A stretch of 64,000 nucleotides of DNA from Paludibacteraceae bacterium. GTDB taxonomy: Bacteria; Bacteroidota; Bacteroidia; Bacteroidales; Paludibacteraceae. The stretch is taken from NCBI GenBank assembly GCA_017551025.1, contig JAFZNG010000021.1, positions 12,908 to 76,907 of the forward strand, in the 5' to 3' direction. Positions within the stretch are counted from its first letter, which is position 1. Each line of letters starts with the position of its first letter. This document shows positions 27,693 through 35,293 of the stretch, piece after piece. The notes beneath the pieces were generated by a model. That model worked only from the letters and a program-made list of their open reading frames with translations, did no database searches and was not told the origin of the DNA. A program made the translations under genes and the position numbers.

Positions 27693-28718
27693 ATGGCTAA
27701 ATCACAAGACATATTGCAAACCATCACCCGCTATCGTGAGTTAGGTATCGAGGAACAGATAGACTACAAGAAATTCTACTTGTATTCTATCATCACGCAC
27801 TCGACCGCTATCGAAGGTTCAACCGTCACGGAGATCGAGAACCAACTCCTCTTCGACGAAGGCATAACGGCTCCGGGACGTACGCTACAAGAGCAGATGA
27901 TGAACCTCGACCTCAAAGCGGCTTACGAGGAAGCACAACGCCTTGCGGAGCAGCACGCCGATTATAGCGTAAACATGCTCTGTCGCTTGTCATCTATCGT
28001 GATGAAGAATACCGGCAAAACGTACAATACTATCTTGGGATCGTTCTCTGCTGCCGATGGCGAGTTGCGCAAAGTGAACGTGACGGCCGGCTTCAAAGGA
28101 CGCAGTTATCTGGCGTGGGAGAAAGTGCCGCAAGCCTTGACGGACTTCTGTCGCTGGCTCAACGCAGAGCGCAAGAACTTACCGCAGAACGATTTAGTAG
28201 CAGCTTATCGCCTCTCATTTGTCGCGCACTATCGTCTCGTCAGCATCCACCCGTGGGCAGATGGCAACGGACGTATGTCGCGTCTGGTGATGAATATGCT
28301 CCAGTGGGAGTTCGGTTTGATTCCGGTGAAGGTACTCAAGGAACAGAAAGCCGAGTATATCCAAGCCCTCAATGATACACGCGATAAGGAGGATGAGACG
28401 ATCTTCCCGAACGTAATGTTGCGCTTGCACAACAAGAACCTGCTTGCAGAGATAAAAGAATTTACCCAATCGCAGAAAGAGGATGCAACCTTACAACCTG
28501 CCAACCTTACAACCTTACAACCTTACAACCTTACAAGCTTGATGAAGGAGATATTGGTATATTGTAAGGACTGGCACTCGGTAGGCGAGATTGCGGAGCA
28601 TTTCCAACGCAGTCGTCAGTATATACGTGGTGAGGTGTTGCCTAAGTTGTCTGATCTGTTGGAACGTAAATATGATACTCCGAACCATCCACAACAGCAG
28701 TATCGGACGAAGGGTTAA
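27693..28718 (+). CDS. Fic-family protein (class II, N-terminal inhibitory motif) with a C-terminal winged-helix-like region
   Basis: Fic motif HPWADGNGRMSR. Inhibitory motif STAIEG, i.e. (S/T)xxxE(G/N). The track start at 27654 is a TTG inside the -7 box, so the ATG at 27693 is used. Confidence 0.85.
   Translation: MAKSQDILQTITRYRELGIEEQIDYKKFYLYSIITHSTAIEGSTVTEIENQLLFDEGITAPGRTLQEQMMNLDLKAAYEEAQRLAEQHADYSVNMLCRLSSIVMKNTGKTYNTILGSFSAADGELRKVNVTAGFKGRSYLAWEKVPQALTDFCRWLNAERKNLPQNDLVAAYRLSFVAHYRLVSIHPWADGNGRMSRLVMNMLQWEFGLIPVKVLKEQKAEYIQALNDTRDKEDETIFPNVMLRLHNKNLLAEIKEFTQSQKEDATLQPANLTTLQPYNLTSLMKEILVYCKDWHSVGEIAEHFQRSRQYIRGEVLPKLSDLLERKYDTPNHPQQQYRTKG
28487..28534. repeat. Tandem octamer AACCTTAC x6 (48 nt) inside fic
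   Basis: aaccttac aacctgcc aaccttac x4, translated as the LQPANLTTLQPYNLT stretch of the track protein. Confidence 0.95.
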
Positions 28719-28721
28719 AAA

Positions 28722-28739
28722 TGTGAGACGCGTCTCACA
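28722..28739 (+). terminator. 18-bp perfect palindrome after fic (possible terminator hairpin)
   Basis: TGTGAGACGCGTCTCACA. There is no strong T-run. Confidence 0.4.
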
Positions 28740-28808
28740 AATTTGAAAATCCACAAACGATTAACCAGATGGACTATTTGCACGCAAATTTGAGTACGAC
28801 ATACAGCT

Positions 28809-29255
28809 ATGAAGAATGAAATCAATGCCTTGATCATGGAGGCGATGAAAAACCATGATACCGTTCGCACAGAGACCCTGCGCGGCATCAAGAGCGCGTT
28901 TCTCAATTGGCAAACCAGCAAAGAGAACGCCGGTAAAGACCTGAGCGAAGCGGACGAGATCCAGATCATCAAAAAGATGGTAAAACAGCGCCAGGAGTCG
29001 GCAGAACAATACCTCGCAGCAGGGCGCCAGGAGTTGGCCGAAGCAGAGCAGGCACAGATCAACGTACTGGAGGCCTTCCTGCCGAAAGCCGCCTCGGAAG
29101 AAGATATCCTGCGTGCCTTCCATGACGCCCAAACAGCCAACGGCTGGGAGGCCGAGAAGAAGAACATGGGACTCTTCGTAAAAGCCATCAAAGCCGCCCT
29201 TCCGAACGCCGACGGCAAAATGGTAGCGCAAGTCGTTCAAAGCCAATTAGGCTGA
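28809..29255 (+). CDS. GatB/YqeY domain protein
   Basis: MKNEINALIMEAMKNHDTVRTETLRGIKSAF...IIKKMVKQRQESAEQY. Confidence 0.8.
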   Translation: MKNEINALIMEAMKNHDTVRTETLRGIKSAFLNWQTSKENAGKDLSEADEIQIIKKMVKQRQESAEQYLAAGRQELAEAEQAQINVLEAFLPKAASEEDILRAFHDAQTANGWEAEKKNMGLFVKAIKAALPNADGKMVAQVVQSQLG

Positions 29256-29263
29256 GGAGAAAC

Positions 29264-29285
29264 TGCGGAGAAAGGGGGATTCGAA
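29264..29285. repeat. 22-bp duplicate of the tRNA-Ser 3' end (att-like)
   Basis: tgcggagaaagggggattcgaa is identical to 29411-29432. An inverted partial copy ccccctttactccg lies at about 29350-29363. Confidence 0.9.
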
Positions 29286-29363
29286 AAATGCGCAGCATTA
29301 ATCGTTCGAGCGCAGCGAGATAAGAACCCCCGACCGTGGGGTGAGAAGGCCCCCTTTACTCCG

Positions 29364-29408
29364 AATAAAAGAAATAGGATGCCCCTCGTGGACATCCTAT
29401 TCTTTTAC
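29364..29408. terminator. Bidirectional hairpin terminator (tRNA-Ser / yqeY)
   Basis: AATAGGATG-11 nt-CATCCTATT, flanked by T-rich runs on both strands. Confidence 0.7.
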
Positions 29409-29412
29409 CTTG

Positions 29413-29499
<87 letters not shown>

Positions 29500-29645
29500 T
29501 CGTCGGAACAAGCTTGCGAGACCGAAACTCGTTGCACGCGTTTAACTCGCCGCTGTTCCTCCTCTTCAATCGAAATATCGCTTGCGCTAGCATTTCGATT
29601 GAGTTGTTGGGCTTCGCAAAAACTACATTTTTACCAAAGCGGGTG

Positions 29646-29677
29646 CAAAGGTACTGCTTTTTTCTGATATACGCAAA
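29646..29677 (-). promoter_or_regulatory. -33/-7 promoter about 139 nt upstream of tRNA-Ser
   Basis: The reverse strand reads TTTGCGtatatcagaaaaaagcagTACCTTTG. Confidence 0.55.
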
Positions 29678-29713
29678 TTTTTTTGCAGAAAAATGACAAA
29701 TAGCCCTAAAAAA

Positions 29714-29745
29714 CTTGCATATTCCAAATATTTGTAGTAATTTTG
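29714..29745 (+). promoter_or_regulatory. -33/-7 promoter for thrS
   Basis: cTTGcatattccaaatatttgtagTAATTTTG, leaving a leader of about 60 nt. Confidence 0.55.
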
Positions 29746-29813
29746 CAGCCGATTTTGGCGAAGGGGCAGTTGTTAGCCCGGAGCCGTAAACATTTGTAGG
29801 TTTATTTATATAT

Positions 29814-31757
29814 ATGATTAAGATTACTTTTCCGGACGGAAGCGTCCGTGAATTCGAAAGCGGCATCACGCCGCTCGGAATTGCTGAGTCGATCAGCAGT
29901 CGTTTAGCACAAGATATCCTCTGTGCATCCGTCAATGACCAAATCGTAGAACTCAACCATCCTATCACCGAGGATGCGGCTATCAAGTTGCACAAGTGGG
30001 AGGATGCGGAAGCCAAGCATGCTTTCTGGCATACCTCGAGCCACCTCATGGCAGAGGCACTCCAGGAACTCTATCCCGGTATCCAGTTCGGTATCGGACC
30101 GGCTATCGAGAACGGTTTCTACTACGACGTCATGCCACCCGAGGGGGTAGTGATCAACGACACCTGCTTTGCTGCGATTGAGAACAAGATGCTGGAACTG
30201 CGCGCCAAGAAAGAGGCTGTGGTCAAAAACGCCATCAGCAAAACGGATGCGCTCAAAGCATTCGGCGACAAAGGACAGACATACAAGTGCGAGTTGATCT
30301 CCGAACTGGAGGACGGACATATCTCCACCTATACCCAGGGTGCGTTCACCGACCTGTGTAAAGGTCCGCACTTGCTGAGTACCGAACCCATCAAGGCGGT
30401 CAAAGTGCTGAGTTGCTCCGCCGCCTACTGGCGCGGCGACGAGACCCGTCCGATGATGACACGTATCTACGGTATCTCATTCCCCAAGAAAGCCATGCTC
30501 GACGAGTACCTGACGCTGCTCGAAGAGGCCAAGAAACGTGACCACCGCAAGATCGGTAAAGAACTGGAGCTGTTCATGTTCTCCGACATGGTGGGCAAAG
30601 GTCTGCCTATCTGGTTGCCGAAGGGTACAGCATTGCGTCTGCGTCTGGAGGACTTCCTCAAGAAGATCCAGAAACGCTACGGTTACCAGCAAGTCATCAC
30701 CCCGCATATCGGTAGCAAGAACCTCTATATGACTTCCGGTCACTGGGATCACTACGGCAAGGACTCGTTCCAGCCGATCACCACGCCGGAAGAAGGTGAG
30801 GTATACCTACTGAAGCCGATGAACTGCCCGCACCACTGTGCGATCTTCAAGAATAGTCCGCGCTCGTACAAAGACCTGCCCTTCCGCTGCGCAGAGTTCG
30901 GTACCGTCTATCGTTACGAGCAGAGCGGTGAGCTTCACGGCCTCACGCGCGTACGTTCCTTTACACAAGATGACGCGCATATCTTCTGCCGTCAGGATCA
31001 GGTAAAGCAGGAGTTTATCCGCGTGATGGAGATCATCGAGATCATTTTCAAGGCACTCAACTTCGAGAACTTCGAGGCACAGATCTCGCTGCGCGACCCG
31101 AACAACCATACCAAATATGTCGGTTCGGACGAGGTATGGGCACTGGCCGAACAGGCTATCATCGATGCCTGCAAGGAGAAGAACCTGCCGGCTAAGGTAG
31201 AATACGGCGAGGCTGCTTTCTACGGTCCGAAACTGGACTTCATGGTCAAGGACGCACTCGGTCGCCGTTGGCAACTGGGTACTATCCAGGTGGACTACAA
31301 CCTGCCTGAGCGTTTTGAACTGGAGTACACGGGTGAGGACAACCAGAAGCACCGTCCCGTCATGATCCACCGTGCACCGTTCGGTTCGATGGAGCGTTTC
31401 GTAGCCGTGCTGATTGAGCACACCGCCGGTAAATTCCCGCTGTGGCTCACGCCGGACCAGGCTGTGGTACTGCCTATCTCGGAGAAGTCGAACGAGTACG
31501 CATGGAAGGTAAAAGAGCTACTCGAGCAGCAAGACGTTCGCGTCATCGTAGATGACCGCAACGAGAAGCTGGGTCGTAAGATTCGCGACAACGAATTGAA
31601 GCGCATCCCGTACATGCTCATCGTGGGCGAGAAAGAGGCCGAGCAAGGACTCGTATCGGTTCGTCAGCAAGGTGCTGAGGAAAAAGGCCAGATGACCATC
31701 CAGGAGTTTGCCGACTTCATCAACGAAACGGTGAAGAAGCAGATGAATGCGTATTAA
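29814..31757 (+). CDS. thrS: Threonine--tRNA ligase
   Basis: TGS N-terminus [24 protein letters not shown], class II core ([16 protein letters not shown]) and an anticodon-binding C-terminus. Confidence 0.92.
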   Translation: MIKITFPDGSVREFESGITPLGIAESISSRLAQDILCASVNDQIVELNHPITEDAAIKLHKWEDAEAKHAFWHTSSHLMAEALQELYPGIQFGIGPAIENGFYYDVMPPEGVVINDTCFAAIENKMLELRAKKEAVVKNAISKTDALKAFGDKGQTYKCELISELEDGHISTYTQGAFTDLCKGPHLLSTEPIKAVKVLSCSAAYWRGDETRPMMTRIYGISFPKKAMLDEYLTLLEEAKKRDHRKIGKELELFMFSDMVGKGLPIWLPKGTALRLRLEDFLKKIQKRYGYQQVITPHIGSKNLYMTSGHWDHYGKDSFQPITTPEEGEVYLLKPMNCPHHCAIFKNSPRSYKDLPFRCAEFGTVYRYEQSGELHGLTRVRSFTQDDAHIFCRQDQVKQEFIRVMEIIEIIFKALNFENFEAQISLRDPNNHTKYVGSDEVWALAEQAIIDACKEKNLPAKVEYGEAAFYGPKLDFMVKDALGRRWQLGTIQVDYNLPERFELEYTGEDNQKHRPVMIHRAPFGSMERFVAVLIEHTAGKFPLWLTPDQAVVLPISEKSNEYAWKVKELLEQQDVRVIVDDRNEKLGRKIRDNELKRIPYMLIVGEKEAEQGLVSVRQQGAEEKGQMTIQEFADFINETVKKQMNAY

Positions 31758-31795
31758 CGGTTAACGGTTAACGGTTATCGGTTATAGGTAATGGA
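31754..31795. repeat. Tandem heptamer TTAACGG x3 plus degenerate copies, filling the convergent spacer
   Basis: ttaacgg ttaacgg ttaacgg ttatcgg ttatagg. The array contains both stop codons. Confidence 0.9.
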
Positions 31796-32576
31796 AAATA
31801 TCCATTCCGAAGGCAGGCGTGAAAGCGTCTGCCTTTTTTAATGCATCGGGCGTGTCGAGGGCGATACCCTGTCCGGGTGTCATCAGCAGGATACGGTCAG
31901 AGAGCGCGAGCGCAAGATCCAGTTCGTGGGTGGAGATAAGGATGGTCTTCTGCTGCTCATGCGCCAACTGCCGCAGCAGTTTCAGCACCAGGATACGATG
32001 CGGCAAGTCAAGATGCGCCGTAGGTTCGTCGAGCAGGATGATCGGCGTCTGCTGCGCCAGGGCTTTGGCTATCAGGATACGTTGCTTCTCGCCGTCGGAG
32101 TGAGAATTGAATGGTGTATGGTGTATGGTGTATGGTGTAGGGAAGCCTACTTGTTCGAGCGACTCGGTGATGATACGCTCGTCCTCCGGGGTCAGGCCAC
32201 CTAGAAAAGAGGTGTACGGGTAGCGCCCCATAGCGACTACGTCGTGGACGGAGGTATGCTCGAGCGAGAGACGCTCGGTTAATACCAAGGCCACGGCCTT
32301 GGAGTTGAGAGTTGAGAGTGGAGAGTTGAGAGAAGTTGGCGAGTTAAAAGTAGAAAGTTTATATTCTCCGCTTAGGGCGGGTTGCAGGCCCGCGAGAGTG
32401 TGCAAGAGGGTCGATTTGCCGCAACCGTTCGGGCCGAGCATGCAGACCATCTCACCCTGACGAAGCGAGAAAGAGAGATCGCGCTGAACTATCTTTCGAC
32501 TTTCGACTTTCGACTTTCGACTATCATCGGCATAGCCGATAGTCAGCTTATTCGTAGTAATAGACTCGTTGTACAC
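31782..32576 (-). CDS. ABC transporter ATP-binding protein (iron-complex/B12 FecE-BtuD-like)
   Basis: Walker A LGPNGCGKSTL, signature-like SDGEKQR, Walker B IILLDEPTAHLD. It contains three repeat-derived segments. Confidence 0.75.
   Translation of the reverse strand: MYNESITTNKLTIGYADDSRKSKVESRKIVQRDLSFSLRQGEMVCMLGPNGCGKSTLLHTLAGLQPALSGEYKLSTFNSPTSLNSPLSTLNSKAVALVLTERLSLEHTSVHDVVAMGRYPYTSFLGGLTPEDERIITESLEQVGFPTPYTIHHTPFNSHSDGEKQRILIAKALAQQTPIILLDEPTAHLDLPHRILVLKLLRQLAHEQQKTILISTHELDLALALSDRILLMTPGQGIALDTPDALKKADAFTPAFGMDIFHYL
32111..32141. repeat. Tandem heptamer ATGGTGT x4 inside the ABC ATPase gene
   Basis: Encodes TPYTIHHTP just before the signature motif. Confidence 0.9.
32302..32347. 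repeat. Tandem heptamer GAGTTGA, about 6 copies, inside the ABC ATPase gene
   Basis: gagttga gagttga gagtgga gagttga gagaagt..., which encodes SPTSLNSPLSTLNS. Confidence 0.9.
32493..32527. repeat. Tandem heptamer CTTTCGA x4 inside the ABC ATPase gene
   Basis: Encodes SRKSKVESRK near the N-terminus. Confidence 0.9.
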
Positions 32577-34416
32577 GGCGGCTGACAGAGGTTAGTATTT
32601 CGTAGGTGATCGTACCGAGTTTATCGGCCAGTTGCTCCAGCGGCATATGTTCGCCGAATACCTCCACCAAGTCACCCGGACGGGCATCGGCTTCGGTGAC
32701 GTCGATCATAGCCTGGTCCATACATACATTGCCCACTACGGGACACCGCTTGCCACGCACCCATACTTCGCCGCCGTAGTTGGAGAAGCGGCGATCGAAA
32801 CCATCGGCATAACCAATAGGTATGACGGCGATGACGCGGTCCTTGTCAAGGCGCGTATGACGGCCGTAACCGATCGTCTCTCCGGCACGGACGGTCTTGA
32901 CCGACAGGATCGTGGTCTGCAGCGTACATACGTTGCGCAGTTTAGCCCCTGCAAACGAGAAGCCGTACAGGCCGATACCCAGGCGGCACATATCGAACTG
33001 GTACGGCGTGAAGCGCTCGATACCGGCGGAGTTGAGGATGTGCTTTAGAATGGTGTAGGGTGTAGAGTGTAGGGTGTAGAGCCCTTTCTTCAGTTCTTCG
33101 GCGCAGGCGTCGAAGTAGCGAATCTGATCACGGGTGAAGTCGTCGAACTGGGCCTCGTCCGATCCGGCGAGGTGCGAGAAGACGGAGGCTACGCGAACGG
33201 CTTTGGTATGACTGAGTTTATCGATAAGCCACGGTATATCTTCGCGGTAGAAGCCGAGGCGATGCATGCCGCTATCAATCTTGATATGGATAGGCACCTG
33301 CTCCAGTCCCTTGGCTTCGGCAGCTGCGATGACGGTCTTGAGCGACTGATGGGAATAGACGTTCGGCTCGAGGTTATTCTCCAGGATGAGGTCCATAGCT
33401 GCCACTTCGGGGTCCATGATGATGATCGGCAGGGTGATGCCTGCGCGGCGCAGTTCGACACCTTCATCCGCCACGGCTACCGCCAGATAGTCAACTAACC
33501 TACTCTCTTGCAGCGCTTTCGATACTTCCAGGCTACCGGCACCGTACGCAAAAGCCTTGACCATACAGGTCAGTTTGGTCTCCGGACGGAGCAGACTGCG
33601 GAAATAGCGGACGTTATCGATAATGGCGGTGAGATTGACCTTGAGCACGGTCTCGTGGGTCTGCTGCAGGATACGTGCGGCGATGGTCTCTTCGTCGTAG
33701 CCCAGGGCACGCATCACGGCGGCGCAGGTGCGGACGTTCTGGTGGGTCGGATCTTCGATGACCTGCTCCGAGTGGACGAACAACCGCATCTTCTCCTCGC
33801 GTTTCTGCTCGAGCGATTGGAAGTTCTCGTCGTGCTCGTGACCGATATATGTGATGACGCCTATCGTCGGTCGGATGATGCGCTCCAGTCGCTCCATTTC
33901 ACCCGGCTGCGATATTCCCGCCTCGAAGATGGCTAAGAGCGGCTTATCATTTTGAATTTTTAATTTTTCATTTTTAATTTGCGTAAGTTCCCAAACGCTA
34001 AGCGGCACACCGATCTGGGAGTTGTAGGACTTAGGCGAGCGGATGACGCGATAGTCGTCCTTGAGGAGCTGGTAGAGCCATTCCTTGACAACGGTCTTGC
34101 CGTTGGAGCCGGTAATACCGATGACGGTACCTTGGAACTGCCGGCGCACATGTGCTGCCAGGTCTTGCAGGGCCTGTACGGCATCGCCGGTAACGAAGGC
34201 TTGTACGCCCTGTTCACGGAGTTCGGGTATATACTTGGCGCCGTCGTTGCGGTCGGTTCGGATGGCGAAGAAGAGCACTTCATTCACTCGCCAGTCGCTA
34301 TGTGCTTTTAGTTCACGGCTGTCGGTCAAGAGGTGACGTATCTCCAGCGAGTCGTCTCCCTCCACTTGCGCATAAGCGCCTATCACTTGTTTTATCTCAG
34401 CTAAACGCATAATCAA
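32548..34416 (-). CDS. alr: MurF-like Mur ligase N-terminal/central region fused to alanine racemase
   Basis: Mur ligase P-loop GITGSNGKT, SYNSQIGVPLSV and ITYIGHEH. The Alr part follows (MVKAFAYGAG, GIGLYG, GYADG, VCMDQ). Total length is 622 aa. Confidence 0.8.
   Translation of the reverse strand: MIMRLAEIKQVIGAYAQVEGDDSLEIRHLLTDSRELKAHSDWRVNEVLFFAIRTDRNDGAKYIPELREQGVQAFVTGDAVQALQDLAAHVRRQFQGTVIGITGSNGKTVVKEWLYQLLKDDYRVIRSPKSYNSQIGVPLSVWELTQIKNEKLKIQNDKPLLAIFEAGISQPGEMERLERIIRPTIGVITYIGHEHDENFQSLEQKREEKMRLFVHSEQVIEDPTHQNVRTCAAVMRALGYDEETIAARILQQTHETVLKVNLTAIIDNVRYFRSLLRPETKLTCMVKAFAYGAGSLEVSKALQESRLVDYLAVAVADEGVELRRAGITLPIIIMDPEVAAMDLILENNLEPNVYSHQSLKTVIAAAEAKGLEQVPIHIKIDSGMHRLGFYREDIPWLIDKLSHTKAVRVASVFSHLAGSDEAQFDDFTRDQIRYFDACAEELKKGLYTLHSTPYTILKHILNSAGIERFTPYQFDMCRLGIGLYGFSFAGAKLRNVCTLQTTILSVKTVRAGETIGYGRHTRLDKDRVIAVIPIGYADGFDRRFSNYGGEVWVRGKRCPVVGNVCMDQAMIDVTEADARPGDLVEVFGEHMPLEQLADKLGTITYEILTSVSRRVQRVYYYE
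33052..33080. repeat. Tandem heptamer GGTGTAG x4 inside alr
   Basis: Encodes LYTLHSTPYT. It belongs to the same family as 7104-7153. Confidence 0.9.
33950..33980. repeat. Tandem heptamer TTTTNAA x4 inside the MurF-like part
   Basis: Encodes IKNEKLKIQN. Confidence 0.85.
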
Positions 34417-34511
34417 TCAACCGGTTTATAACCGGAGCAAATCATTTCAGCGTGCAAAAGTACTAAAAAATTCCGACATAAGCAAATTAAAACATGCAAA
34501 ATTTGCACATA

Positions 34512-35177
34512 TCATGAAAAAGCAGTCATTTTGCAGCCGAAAAACAAATCTTGTGGACGGTCGATAATCGTCGATATCCCGGCTTCTACCAATTTCTCGC
34601 GCGGCACGAATCCCCACGAACACGCCACGAACGGCACGTTCGCATTTTTTGCGGTCTCGTAGTCTACCAGGCTGTCGCCGAGGTATAGAATCGGAGTATT
34701 CGGATTATTCGGAATACTCTGAATAATGTCGAAGACAATCTGCGGATTGGGTTTGCGTTCGATGCCTTCGCGCTCACCCAGGATGACATCAAACACACCC
34801 GGGAAGAAATGGCGCACGATCTTCTCAGTTGCCGCCTGGTACTTATTGCTCGCTACCGCCAACAGATGGCCTTGTGCCTTGAGCGTTGCCAACACTTCGG
34901 GAATACCGTCGTACGGCCGCGTATAATCACAGTTGTGCGCATCGTAGTACGGCACGAAAAACGCCCGCACTTTCTGTATATTCTCCTCCGTCCGTTCCGA
35001 TTCCGGCAGGGCACGCCGAATGAGGTTGTTAATGCCGTTGCCCACTTTCGCAGGATAGGCCTCGATGGGGAAGGTAGGATAACCGGTCATTCCCAAGGCA
35101 TAGTTGCACGCATAGCCCAAGTCGTCAATCGTATTGAGCAGCGTTCCGTCCAAGTCAAAAATGATGATCATAAGCAA
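34512..35177 (-). CDS. HAD-IA family hydrolase (phosphoglycolate phosphatase-like)
   Basis: Motif I IIFDLDGTLLNT, then VASNK and GDSLVD. Confidence 0.8.
   Translation of the reverse strand: MLMIIIFDLDGTLLNTIDDLGYACNYALGMTGYPTFPIEAYPAKVGNGINNLIRRALPESERTEENIQKVRAFFVPYYDAHNCDYTRPYDGIPEVLATLKAQGHLLAVASNKYQAATEKIVRHFFPGVFDVILGEREGIERKPNPQIVFDIIQSIPNNPNTPILYLGDSLVDYETAKNANVPFVACSWGFVPREKLVEAGISTIIDRPQDLFFGCKMTAFS
34692..34727. repeat. Tandem 9-mer CGGANTANT x4 (36 nt) inside the HAD gene
   Basis: Encodes IPNNPNTPI. It is the reverse complement of the family seen at 38713-38766. Confidence 0.85.
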
Positions 35178-35188
35178 TAATTAGACCG

Positions 35189-35220
35189 CAAAATTACAAA
35201 ATATATTTGGGATACGCAAA
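35189..35220 (-). promoter_or_regulatory. -33/-7 promoter for the HAD gene
   Basis: The reverse strand reads TTTGCGtatcccaaatatattttgTAATTTTG. Confidence 0.55.
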
Positions 35221-35244
35221 TTTTCGAAGAAAAAATGCATAAAA

Positions 35245-35276
35245 TTTGCATATATCGAAAAAAAGCAGTACCTTTG
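35245..35276 (+). promoter_or_regulatory. -33/-7 promoter for the lptD-like gene
   Basis: TTTGCAtatatcgaaaaaaagcagTACCTTTG. Confidence 0.6.
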
Positions 35277-35293
35277 CGCATTATTTTGCCTAT

